NCBI GenBank assembly: GCA_963783575.1
Contig: CAWAOD010000013.1
Location: 160,001 to 224,000, forward strand
From: an uncultured Spirochaetota bacterium
GTDB lineage: Bacteria; Spirochaetota; Brevinematia; Brevinematales; JAOACQ01
Reading direction: 5' to 3'
DNA: 64,000 nt
Below are positions 33,994-43,620 of this stretch, in pieces; positions within the stretch are counted from its first letter, which is position 1, and every line of letters begins with the position of its first letter. The translations under genes were made by a program, and so were the position numbers. The notes below the pieces were generated by a model. It ran no database searches. It had not been told where the DNA came from and saw nothing but the letters and a program-made list of their open reading frames with translations.

Positions 33994-35316
33994 TTATTTT
34001 TTTATAATATCCAGGATTCTTTCAACCGTATAAAACGATCCGGTAAAAACATTGAATCCCTTCGACGGGTCTTTTTGCGGCTTAATAAGTGAAATATCGC
34101 TTAAATAATCTACATTTTTCAGCTTATTTAACAAGCGGAAAAGCCTTTCACCGCCGCTTTTCCTGTGAGAAATAAAATCATAAACAGTTATCTGCGTAAA
34201 GAGGGATGAATTGTCCTCTATTATTCCGGCGATTCTCTCAATCTCTTTATCTGCAAGGATTCCGATAAAAAGATGATAATTATTTTCGGGCATATAAACT
34301 GTAATGGTTTTAAACAGGCTCTTCAGTGAAGAATCGTTATGGCTTACATCTATCAGGTTATTTCCGGCGATTTCCATACGGAAAGGAATTCTTAAAGCCG
34401 CCGCCGATTTGATAAGCGTGCCCTGGTTCTTGAACATGCCTGCGGTGAGCTTGCCGGATCCGTCGAACTGTGAAATTATTAAACAGGAAAACAATGCCAG
34501 TAGAAAATTTTCGATAAAAACATCGCCGATTTGGGATAATTCTATATTCGTCAGGGTTAATACCGATGATTTCATATTAATCGAAGAATCCCAGACGCTT
34601 CCGGACGGGCTTCTGTTTAGAACATTGTAATGGATGTAATCCGGGAAATAGTAAAGTACGGACTGTTTTTCCAGAGCTTTTTCTTTGATTATTTTCAGGG
34701 CTTCATTTGCCTGCGGGGCCGAAATCACCGGTATATTATGCTTGATAATGCCGGCTTTTTCTCCCGCGATCTCCTGCAGAGTATTTCCAAGTATCGCAGT
34801 ATGGTCATAAGCTATTGAAGTGATGACCGATAAAATAGGCTTGCAGTAATTTGTTGAGTCAAGCTTTCCGCCCAACCCTGTTTCAAGCACAACATATCCG
34901 CATTCTCTTTCAATAAAATGCGCCATCGCGATAAAGGTTAAGGCATCGAAAAATGTCGCCTTAAATTCTATTATTAATCCGGAAAATCGGCTGACTAAAC
35001 CGGAGAGGCTTTGATCCGAAATATCCGCGAAATTTATTTTTATCCTCTCATTTATCCGGAAAAGATGAGGGGATGTGTAGAGTCCGACATTAACATTTGT
35101 CGAAAGCCCGATTAATTTTGCCAGGTAAAAGGAAGTGCTTCCTTTCCCTTTAGTACCCGCTATATGCACGATTTTAATATTCGAATCGATAAGATTTGCC
35201 TGGTCCAGAAGCTTCTCGACCTTTTGCGGATCATAATTACTTCCGCTATATTTCTCAAAGCCTTTTTCATTATCGATCAGTGAATTGAGGAAACAGGCAG
35301 CTTCAAAATAATCCAT
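33994..35316 (-). CDS. folC: Folylpolyglutamate synthase/dihydrofolate synthase
   Basis: HIAGTKGKGST, YTSPHL...ERI, LETGLGG.LDSTN, EKAGII. Confidence 0.9.
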   Translation of the reverse strand: MDYFEAACFLNSLIDNEKGFEKYSGSNYDPQKVEKLLDQANLIDSNIKIVHIAGTKGKGSTSFYLAKLIGLSTNVNVGLYTSPHLFRINERIKINFADISDQSLSGLVSRFSGLIIEFKATFFDALTFIAMAHFIERECGYVVLETGLGGKLDSTNYCKPILSVITSIAYDHTAILGNTLQEIAGEKAGIIKHNIPVISAPQANEALKIIKEKALEKQSVLYYFPDYIHYNVLNRSPSGSVWDSSINMKSSVLTLTNIELSQIGDVFIENFLLALFSCLIISQFDGSGKLTAGMFKNQGTLIKSAAALRIPFRMEIAGNNLIDVSHNDSSLKSLFKTITVYMPENNYHLFIGILADKEIERIAGIIEDNSSLFTQITVYDFISHRKSGGERLFRLLNKLKNVDYLSDISLIKPQKDPSKGFNVFTGSFYTVERILDIIKK

Positions 35317-35451
35317 TAAATTCTCTCTTGATGTCCTGCGACATCGCTTGCGGAGTTCTGTATAAATTAACTTGCCACTACTTACCGCGGAATATTTTAT
35401 TATTAAACAGACTGGTTTGGATGAAAGGGAATAATATTTGGTATTGAAAAG

Positions 35452-35772
35452 TTATTCCTTATAGGCTTTGCTTCTTGCAAAATCGATAGAATTGGCCTTT
35501 GCAATTTCAGGTTCTACCGTGTTTGATTTTTCATAAGCGGAGATTGCCATTTTATAGCTTTTTACAGTTTCATATGCTTTTCCCTGCTTAAAGTACCATT
35601 CGGCAAAATCCTGAATAAGTTCCCGGCTGGAACTTTTAGGTAAGTCAATACCCTGGTTTGCTCCATCTCTTACTTTGAAAGTGCTGGAAAAATCTTTATT
35701 TTGATCTTGATGACCTTCAGGCTTTTTCACGGAGTTTGTATGAGGAATAAAAGCGACTCTTTCAACTTTCAT
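35452..35772 (-). CDS. Hypothetical protein with a TPR-like C-terminus
   Basis: GGAGG RBS, 106-aa ORF directly downstream of tmRNA. Confidence 0.6.
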   Translation of the reverse strand: MKVERVAFIPHTNSVKKPEGHQDQNKDFSSTFKVRDGANQGIDLPKSSSRELIQDFAEWYFKQGKAYETVKSYKMAISAYEKSNTVEPEIAKANSIDFARSKAYKE

Positions 35773-35814
35773 AATAAAACCTCCTTGTAGAGATTTCTCC
35801 TTTTAACTTATTTT

Positions 35815-36162
35815 TGGAGGCGGTGGGAATCGAACCCACGTCCTGAAACCGAAACCGATAAACCTTATCCACAAGCTTGGCTTTATTTTATTTTCGAAAT
35901 AAAACGGAAACAAAGCAAACCGTTTTATTCCAGAGCCGGATAAATTTCGGACTCCGCCCACCGGCGAAACGGAGCCTATCCCTCATTTATGACCTATTAA
36001 CAATCCCGAAGGAGAGAACCGTTAACAGGTGGCAGCATTAAGCTGCCATTGCATAAGAATAATTATCTTCTGCACTTATATTTTTGAGCAGTTTAAAGGG
36101 TTACTCAAGCCCTGCTTGAAGCCTATTGATCCCGCTGTCTCAGTCGAAAGCCAAACGCCCCC
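35815..36162 (-). ncRNA. ssrA: tmRNA; encoded tag AEDNYSYAMAA*
   Basis: 5' GGGGGCGTTTGGCTTTCGAC, 3' GGGTTCGATTCCCACCGCCTCCA; tag frame 36073-36038 ends in Ala-Ala-stop. Confidence 0.95.
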
Positions 36163-36287
36163 CATATATTGTACTATAACTTATTTTTTACTAAAAATCA
36201 AGATTCAAACGATATATTTTAAAAACAATTCGCCTTTTCTATTATCGGAAAGATCAATGGGAATGTTTAGGGTTTTCCGGAAAAATT

Positions 36288-37166
36288 TTAATCATTTATT
36301 AATAGAGAGATGTCTAACGGCTTTACCGTATGAGTCAATGATCCCATAGATATATAATCAACACCGCTTCCTGCCAGTTCAACAAGTCTTTTTTCATCGA
36401 TATTGCCGGAAACCTCGGTATATTTCCCGGAATTGATAATTTTTAACGCTTCATTAACCATTCCATTGTTCATATTATCAAGCATTATGATATCGGCGTC
36501 AGTTCCCATCGCTTCTTTTACCTGATCGAGGGTTTCTGTTTCGACCTCAATAACTTTATCGGGAAAGTTTGCCCTGGCAGCCCTGACGGCTTCTGTAATT
36601 CCGCCTGCGGCAAAGATATGGTTTTCCTTTATCAGTATCATATCATAAAGGCCAAGCCTGTGATTGCAGCCCCCGCCTACATTGACCGCGTATTTCTGAA
36701 GTTCCCTCAAGCCGGGCATGGTTTTACGGGTATCGAGCAATTTCACCGGATAACCATGGACCAATTTTACGAGCCTGTTTACTTTTGTGGAAATTCCGGA
36801 AAGCATCCCAAGAAAATTCAAAGCTATCCGCTCACCCATAGTAATGGATAGAGCTTTTCCGGAGATTTTTGAAATTACATTGCCTTTTTTTACAATGTCG
36901 CCATCCGTTTTATAAGGTTCAACCGTAACCGAAGTATCAATCCTGGAATAGACATATTTCAAAATATCCAAACCGCATACGATTCCTTCTTCTTTCGCTA
37001 TTATTTTTGCGGAAACGATCTTTGTTTGATCCTTAAACAATGATTGCGATGTGATGTCACCGGAGCTTCCCAGGTCTTCCGAAATTGCCAGATCCACAAT
37101 CCTTTCAAGTAATCCGGGCCTGATTGAGGTAATATTCTTCGGAAAATCGATTTTTTTATTTGACAA
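36288..37166 (-). CDS. nadC: Nicotinate-nucleotide pyrophosphorylase
   Basis: ED....GDITS, ER.ALN, DTRKT.PG, HRLGL.D..LIKENH, IEVE, MLDN; likely TTG start 37166 after AGGAG. Confidence 0.93.
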   Translation of the reverse strand: MSNKKIDFPKNITSIRPGLLERIVDLAISEDLGSSGDITSQSLFKDQTKIVSAKIIAKEEGIVCGLDILKYVYSRIDTSVTVEPYKTDGDIVKKGNVISKISGKALSITMGERIALNFLGMLSGISTKVNRLVKLVHGYPVKLLDTRKTMPGLRELQKYAVNVGGGCNHRLGLYDMILIKENHIFAAGGITEAVRAARANFPDKVIEVETETLDQVKEAMGTDADIIMLDNMNNGMVNEALKIINSGKYTEVSGNIDEKRLVELAGSGVDYISMGSLTHTVKPLDISLLIND

Positions 37167-37240
37167 TTTAAGCTCCTGGCGGTTTTTTAGGATACGGCCC
37201 CTATGCTGCGGCCTTAGGATGCAATCCATAGACTGCGGTC

Positions 37241-37969
37241 TTAGGATGCTATCCTTTGGAAGATATAGTGACTGATGCTTTCCTGTACCTGGTTTGACAT
37301 ATCCGAAAACCGGAAAGCGCAGAACTTGTTTTGATAAGCGACTACAAATGCATCAACAAAAACGTCCTTGCCGTCAAGGATAAACTGCATATTTTTAACT
37401 TCAGCGCCCGGGGCCAGTGAATCCGGGGGAAATGTGCCTATCAGTTCCACGGCTATTCCTCCGAAACTGATGTCTTTTATCAAACCGATAATTAGCTGAG
37501 AATTGACCGGGGATCTGAATTTTATCCCGATTCTCTCATTAGGATTGGTTGTATCTACAGAAACCCTTACAAATTTTCTTTCTGGAGGAGTGCCTTTTAC
37601 CTTTTGATAGGTATCAATAATGTAATTTGAAACATACTCTTCACTTGCATTGCTTTTTATAAAACCGATCACGCCAATCTGAATAGCAAGGGTAATATAC
37701 TGTTTTTCAATTGAGCCTATAAGCAAAATTACGGCTGTATTTTTTATTTGTTCGGCGGCGTTGGTTTTTATTTCTTTAACCAGATTAAAAACTATGGAAT
37801 AATCTTCCTGAATTACATCAAGAACTGCAATGTCGCACTGCATAGTCTTCATTTTTTCCAGAAGTGATTCCGGCCTTTCAGCATGATAGAGCGAAATTCC
37901 TTTCGGAATCAGCGCGTTGACAAAGGTATTCCTGGCATAATATGACTGAGTATAGATAAATACATTCAT
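37241..37969 (-). CDS. Receiver-like domain + PilZ domain protein (c-di-GMP effector)
   Basis: RKFVR (RxxxR) and DISFGG (DxSxxG) PilZ motifs; degenerate REC N-terminus. Confidence 0.8.
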   Translation of the reverse strand: MNVFIYTQSYYARNTFVNALIPKGISLYHAERPESLLEKMKTMQCDIAVLDVIQEDYSIVFNLVKEIKTNAAEQIKNTAVILLIGSIEKQYITLAIQIGVIGFIKSNASEEYVSNYIIDTYQKVKGTPPERKFVRVSVDTTNPNERIGIKFRSPVNSQLIIGLIKDISFGGIAVELIGTFPPDSLAPGAEVKNMQFILDGKDVFVDAFVVAYQNKFCAFRFSDMSNQVQESISHYIFQRIAS

Positions 37970-37978
37970 AATAGATCC

Positions 37979-39838
37979 TTATTCCGAAGAAGCTCCGGTA
38001 AATCTTTTTTTGATCTCTTCAGTAATCTTTTTGGAACTGGCTTCGGGTATTCCTTCCGAGATTAAATCCTGGACTTTAAGGTTTTTTATTATATCATAGT
38101 TTAGAAATTTCTTCAGTATAATCTGTTTTCTTTTTACTCCAATTCCCGGGATTTTTTCAAATATTGATTCAAGCGTTGATAAGTCTTTTGTTTTATTATA
38201 AAAGCTGTTCGCAATCCGGTGTGATTCATCCCGAACCTGCTGTAAAATATGCAGAGCGGGAGAGTTTTTGTCCGGCACAATCGGTTTATCCTGAAATAAA
38301 TTATATATTTCTTCGTTTTTTTTAGCAAGTGAAATTACATTTAATTGTATACCGAGTTCATAAAGCGCCGACTGGGCAGCATTCAACTGTCCTTTTCCCC
38401 CGTCTATTAAAATCAAATCGGGGAAATCGCCGTTTTCTTCATTCAGCCGCTTATAACGGCGGAATACAGCTTCATGAATCATCGCGAAGTCATCCGGGGT
38501 TGATTTTGATCTTATTTTAAAATGCCGGTAATTTTTTTTATCCGGTTTGCCGGCGTAAAAGGAAACCATCGACGCGACGGCGAACTTACCCAGAATATTT
38601 GCAATATCGAAACCCTCGATTCTCATCGGCAGCGTGTCAAGTTCAAGGGTATTCTGCAGGAGTTTCAGGCTCTCGGAAGTCTCAACCTTGCTTAACATCT
38701 GAGCCATATTGAGGCTTGCGTTTTCTACCGCCATCCTGATAAGCGCCCGCTGTCTTTCACCCCTCGGGATATTTATTTTGAGATTTATATCAATTTTTTC
38801 AAAATACAGATTTAACGGTTCTACGATATCCTTATATTCTTCCGCAATTACAAAAGATTTGACTTTATCATCAATTTTCCTTGAATATTCAATAATGAAG
38901 TTTGTCATAACGTCGCTGATATCCTCATCGAGCTGCAGCGACGCCGAATAGCTCCTTTTCCCGATCATCCTGCCTTTACGGATTATTGTTATCACAAAAA
39001 TCACCTTTCCCATTTTTGTAAACAAACCTATAAAATCAGTATTCATGTTTGCATCAAAAAAGACATTCTGGGTTTCCTCAAAGAGCCTGATCGCGGAAAT
39101 TTTTTCCTTTATGAGCTGGGCCTTTTCAAACAGAAGGTTTCCCGATGCCTTTTTCATTTCGGCATCAAGATCTTCCAGAAGGCTCCCTGTTTCCCCGGAT
39201 AGGAAAAGCAGCGCAGCTTTAACCTGTTCCCGGTAATCCTCATAACTGACTTTATGAACGCATGGCGCGGTACATCTTTTTATATGGTAATTAAGGCAGG
39301 CTTTGCCGGGCATTTCAAAGCATGTCCGTATCATGAATAATCTTTGCACAACATCAATGTACTGCCTTACCGATCTTGCGCTTGTGTAAGGACCGAAATA
39401 TTTTGAACCGTCCCTTCTTTCTTCCCGGCTGAATACGATTCTCGGGAAATCATCCTTAACAGTGACCTTGATGAACGGATAAAACTTATTATCCTTGAAC
39501 ATTACATTATATTTAGGCTGGTATTCCTTGATCAGGTTGGCTTCCAGTATCAAAGCCTCAGGTTCGTTCGCCACTTTGATGTAATCGATCAGGCTTATGT
39601 TTTCTACAAGGAAGTAGGTTTTTAGCTCTTTTCCCGATTGAAAATATGATGAGACCCTTTTTTTCAGGCTCTTTGCCTTACCGACATAAATGACTTTCCC
39701 GTTTTTATCCTTCATCAGGTAAACACCGGGGCTGTCGGGCAGCGTACCGGCTTCGGAAGGCTGAACGAATCCTTCCATCTTTTGAATATTGCCGTTAATA
39801 TTTTGTATGTTTATTTCAGGTTGTTTATTATCATTCAT
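37979..39838 (-). CDS. uvrC: Excinuclease ABC subunit C
   Basis: GIY-YIG (PGVYLM..IYVGKAK), RIEGFDI, DLILIDGGKGQ, HhH IPGIG. Confidence 0.96.
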   Translation of the reverse strand: MNDNKQPEINIQNINGNIQKMEGFVQPSEAGTLPDSPGVYLMKDKNGKVIYVGKAKSLKKRVSSYFQSGKELKTYFLVENISLIDYIKVANEPEALILEANLIKEYQPKYNVMFKDNKFYPFIKVTVKDDFPRIVFSREERRDGSKYFGPYTSARSVRQYIDVVQRLFMIRTCFEMPGKACLNYHIKRCTAPCVHKVSYEDYREQVKAALLFLSGETGSLLEDLDAEMKKASGNLLFEKAQLIKEKISAIRLFEETQNVFFDANMNTDFIGLFTKMGKVIFVITIIRKGRMIGKRSYSASLQLDEDISDVMTNFIIEYSRKIDDKVKSFVIAEEYKDIVEPLNLYFEKIDINLKINIPRGERQRALIRMAVENASLNMAQMLSKVETSESLKLLQNTLELDTLPMRIEGFDIANILGKFAVASMVSFYAGKPDKKNYRHFKIRSKSTPDDFAMIHEAVFRRYKRLNEENGDFPDLILIDGGKGQLNAAQSALYELGIQLNVISLAKKNEEIYNLFQDKPIVPDKNSPALHILQQVRDESHRIANSFYNKTKDLSTLESIFEKIPGIGVKRKQIILKKFLNYDIIKNLKVQDLISEGIPEASSKKITEEIKKRFTGASSE

Positions 39839-40022
39839 AAATATTTATCCTATATTAGTTCAAAAGGGGCAGGTTCCAAAATTAATATAATTTCAACTTT
39901 AACTTGTTAATATTATTCAATTATTAATCATTGGTCAAACAAATAACAAATATTATTGATTATAAAAGGAAAGATCACAATTGAGAATAACTTTGAATAT
40001 CACTATATTTTCATAGAAAAAG

Positions 40023-40508
40023 CTATAACCGTTTGATCATTTTAATTCCGTGTTCTCCATCCGGATAATAACCAGGCAGAGAATGTTTTTCTTCAAATCC
40101 TAAATTTTTATATAACTGAACGGCTCTAAAATTGCTTTTGCGTACTTCAAGGCTCATTGTTTTGAAATCATGCCTTAATATCCCAAATTTCATCTCCAGG
40201 TAGGACCTGGCGAATCCTTTTCCCGAATATTCGGGAAGGATACATATCGAATACAGTCTTATGTTTCTGCTGTTTTTTCTGGTGAAATAAGAAGCCCACC
40301 CGACGGATTCAGGCTTGCCGCTTTTATTACCGGGTTGAATTTCAATTAAATCCACCAGGACCGAACCCATAGGGTTCCTGAGGTACCATTTGATCTGGCG
40401 GGGTTTTAAGCGGTCGTGTTTATTAAAGCATATTCCCTCAATTTCATCGATCAACCGCCAATCGGAAAATTCCGCCTTCCTCGATACTACTACCGTATCA
40501 GAGCCCAT
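40023..40508 (-). CDS. GNAT acetyltransferase (RimI-like)
   Basis: LYSI...PEYSGKG, LEVR.SN..A..LY..LGF, YY.DGE; start overlaps the upstream stop. Confidence 0.85.
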   Translation of the reverse strand: MGSDTVVVSRKAEFSDWRLIDEIEGICFNKHDRLKPRQIKWYLRNPMGSVLVDLIEIQPGNKSGKPESVGWASYFTRKNSRNIRLYSICILPEYSGKGFARSYLEMKFGILRHDFKTMSLEVRKSNFRAVQLYKNLGFEEKHSLPGYYPDGEHGIKMIKRL

Positions 40509-41391
40509 CGAACGCTTCACCGAGAAGGTATTTAATGATCCATTCATAAATATAAGGCGATTTCTGGTCCTCAAGACCCTGGTCGATGTTGGGATTGTCA
40601 TTAACTTCTATCACGTAGAACTCGTTGTCGACCTCTTTCAAATCCACCCCGTACAATCCATCGCCTATAGACGCGCCGGCCTTTTGCGCCGTATCAAGAA
40701 GCTTCGGGTTAACCTGGTCTATATCCATTCCTTCAACCGTGCATTGAAGGATTTTACCCTCGTGGTCATGGTCGACAATTTTCCACGCGTTCGGGTCCAT
40801 TATATACTTTACGATTGAGATCACTTTTTTGTCCAGCAGAACAACACGCCAGTCAAACCTGCTCGGAAGATACTGCTGAACGATAATAATATCCGATCTT
40901 CTCAGGAATTTCTTTCCCACGCGAAGGAATTCGTCAGGCGTTGAAACTTTTTCCACATAAGCAGAGAAGCTTGAATTCGGGGCCTTTAAAACGAGAGGAA
41001 TTCCGAGAGATTCGAAAAAATCCCTCGCGTTCTCGATCGTCAATTCGTCATCTTTCAAAAAAACCGTGGAAGGATGCTGTACATTGTCTTTCTGAAGGTG
41101 GGAATACATATTGACTTTATCCGAACAGATCCTTATATCGGAAGATTTGTCAAGTACTCTTATTTTATTCAGCTCCGCCATACGCGAAATCATATAACTG
41201 GTGTTAAGAGGATCGGTAAGCGCCCTTATAAATATCGCGTCATAATTTTTCATGTACTTTATATCATCCTTGAAGATAAAATCCAGGTTATGGCCCAATT
41301 CCAGAGCGGCCTGCCGGAAATTAAAGAGGGAGTTTAACTCGGCCGCCATCCGCAGAGTACTACGTTCCGTAAAAATAGCTATTTTTGCCAT
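40498..41391 (-). CDS. RimK-family ATP-grasp ligase
   Basis: DAIFIR, PLVLKAP.SSFS, FDWR, LYGVDLK, IEVNDNPN. Confidence 0.9.
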   Translation of the reverse strand: MAKIAIFTERSTLRMAAELNSLFNFRQAALELGHNLDFIFKDDIKYMKNYDAIFIRALTDPLNTSYMISRMAELNKIRVLDKSSDIRICSDKVNMYSHLQKDNVQHPSTVFLKDDELTIENARDFFESLGIPLVLKAPNSSFSAYVEKVSTPDEFLRVGKKFLRRSDIIIVQQYLPSRFDWRVVLLDKKVISIVKYIMDPNAWKIVDHDHEGKILQCTVEGMDIDQVNPKLLDTAQKAGASIGDGLYGVDLKEVDNEFYVIEVNDNPNIDQGLEDQKSPYIYEWIIKYLLGEAFDGL

Positions 41392-42011
41392 TCGCCCATT
41401 CCCTCCAGCATTTTCTTTTCGTTTATGCTTAACGTATCATAATCAAGCGGTTCGATAGCGCTTAAAAGGTAAGTCTCAAGAGTCACTATTACTTTGATTT
41501 TCATCAGCGGCACTTTGAAAGTCCGGAAAACGCTCATCGCAAAATCCTGGTACTCTTTTACCATTGTTTTCCCCAGGATACACCTTATGGTGTCAAGGCG
41601 GTAATCTTCCGGCGGTATTTTCTGAATGAGCGCGAGGTATTTACCGGAAAGAGTCAGGGATTTTATTTTATGTTCATAAAATTTCATGTTATCTATGATA
41701 TATGAATTGCTTGATATCGGGTTCATAGCATAGCCCAATACCGGGAAATAATCGATTTTTGCCTTATCGGTCAGGATCTGGTATTCGGGGATTGGAATAT
41801 TGTTGATTTTTGCCTTTTCCATTGCAATCGCGATGATATAAGCGTCAAGGCTTTCCTTTGTGGTCGGATGAACATTGATTCCGCTAAGCTGGGATTGAAG
41901 GGTTTGATAGTATCCTTCAAGCAGATATGTGTAATCGCCGTAAAGATTATAATACGAATCTTTTTCACTCAGTAAATCCTCGTGAGTCTTAAATAGCCAG
42001 ATTTCGTTCAT
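41379..42011 (-). CDS. RimK-like ATP-grasp N-terminal (RLAN-type) protein
   Basis: NL.GDY.YL.EGYY..L motif, translationally coupled to the ATP-grasp gene. Confidence 0.7.
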   Translation of the reverse strand: MNEIWLFKTHEDLLSEKDSYYNLYGDYTYLLEGYYQTLQSQLSGINVHPTTKESLDAYIIAIAMEKAKINNIPIPEYQILTDKAKIDYFPVLGYAMNPISSNSYIIDNMKFYEHKIKSLTLSGKYLALIQKIPPEDYRLDTIRCILGKTMVKEYQDFAMSVFRTFKVPLMKIKVIVTLETYLLSAIEPLDYDTLSINEKKMLEGMGEWQK

Positions 42012-42367
42012 AATTTCTTGTTTTTTTAACCTCCGAAGTTTAAACCCAATTTCACAATTTCACCGAATCTTAACAATCTTGAGGCTCGACTTGTTTTAAT
42101 TTCTTGCAGCCTTCTGCTCTTTGCTTTTAGTGACCGGGAAAAATGTAAAATTGCGCTTATTGTGTAAGGAAAGATTATAAGGAATATTGTGGAATATATC
42201 AAGAGGTTGGGGGAATAATTTATTTCCGGTTAAGCATGAAATTTATAACTGCCTCTGAATAAAGCCGGTTTCTTGCAATGGATGCAATAGCCTATAAATT
42301 TTTGCCGGGAGTTTTCCAAAAAGCGATTATCAAAACCTTCGCCTTAAAATTGCCCCAAAAAATATAT

Positions 42368-42397
42368 TTGACAGACCGTTAAAGGCCATGCTATAAT
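42368..42397 (+). promoter_or_regulatory. Consensus sigma70 promoter pointing into the cassette array (Pc-like)
   Basis: TTGACA-18bp-TATAAT with TG extension. Confidence 0.7.
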
Positions 42398-42406
42398 CTT
42401 ACCAAT

Positions 42407-42456
42407 GGGGAAATGTGCCGTATAGCGTTATGCTTGCCGCGAATTTCCCCTTTTTT
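42407..42456 (+). terminator. Hairpin + T-tract directly after the promoter
   Basis: GGGGAAAT...ATTTCCCC followed by TTTTTT. Confidence 0.55.
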
Positions 42457-42596
42457 ATTTATTTAGTTTACTATGTCTTATTAAGGGTGGATTTGGAGAT
42501 TGATTTGGATTTTTTTATTTAAAATTGGTAGTTTAAGAAGTTTGGATATATTGAGTTGGAAGAATTTTTAAAAATAAGTAAAATTAAATAATAGGG

Positions 42597-43442
42597 GTGA
42601 AAATAATGAGTGTAATGAAAGGTATAATAGCTTCTACAAATGTGGATTCAGTAGGTGATCGATTTACAAAAGAAGCTATTCTTAGTATGATTGAACAATC
42701 GAAAAATAATTATATAAGAGTAACTTATGAACATGACCCTAGAAAAATACCAATTGGAAGAATTATTGATACTCAATTAATAGAATTTGATGATGGAAAT
42801 TTTGGAATAGAAAATACTTTTGAAATTTTTGATGGAAATAATCCAGTATGTGATGATGAAAAAAAGAGTTAGTTATAGAAAATTTTGAAGATTCTGAAAA
42901 TCTAACTATCTATTATGATGATAGTTATGTAAATAATAATTATTTAAATAAAATTGAAGAATTAAATAATTCTATACAAAAGCATAGCAATTTAAAATAT
43001 TTTGGTAAAAAGTCAATAGAACCATTAAGTATATTAACAATTGCAGGTGTCTATATTGCTGGTAAAATTTTTGAAGGATTTCTAAATAAAATTGGAGAAA
43101 AAATATATTTAAGTTTATCAGATAAATTATATGAAGTTTTAAGGTTACAAAAAAATAAAGATGAAAAAGTATTAGAATTTTCTCTTAATATCAAAAAAGA
43201 TGATAATTTATATCGTATTAATATATTTTTTAACTAATCCAACAAAAGATGATATTAATATTGTTATTAAAAAAGGTTTCAAAAAACTTGATGAACAAAT
43301 AAACAATTATTTAAATCCCTCAATAAAAGAAATTGATATAAATTATAAAAATTGCAAATTTGAAATTACTTATATGCTTAATGGTAAAGCTAAAATATTA
43401 ATTCCAAAAGATGAATTTAAAATTATAGATATAATTGTATAA
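42597..43442 (+). pseudogene. Cassette gene: prohead-protease-like N-terminus + hydrophobic segment, two homopolymer frameshifts
   Basis: Frames join at A7 (42859-42865) and T6 (43226-43231); middle frame 42866-43234 is open; resembles 43621-44424. Confidence 0.7.
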
Positions 43443-43458
43443 TAATTAAAAAAACACC

Positions 43459-43592
43459 GTACAACGGCCTTGTAGAAAAAGTTAATTTTCAGACAATAAT
43501 CTCCTCTTTTCAAACAACCTTTGATGGTTTTTATCCTTAAGCAGGATGAGATGTGTGGCGGGTTGAAGGAGTTCGGGTATTTCGAGGTGTAT
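43459..43592 (+). repeat. attC-like repeat, type A
   Basis: GTACAAC...GGTGTAT with conserved core tgtagaaaaagttaatt...caaaca...ccttaagc.ggatgaga. Confidence 0.85.
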
Positions 43593-43620
43593 GAAATGAT
43601 GCTGTTCGCTAGAGGTAAAC

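Noticed and set aside
35811..35855. Isolated tRNA-like 3' half suggesting an integration scar
   Set aside because: It is the 3' end of the complete tmRNA; no duplicate was seen in the window.
36029..36349. 106-aa ORF
   Set aside because: Antisense to tmRNA and the nadC end.
42012..42180. Riboswitch upstream of the ATP-grasp operon
   Set aside because: No recognisable aptamer consensus by eye; an Rfam scan would be needed.
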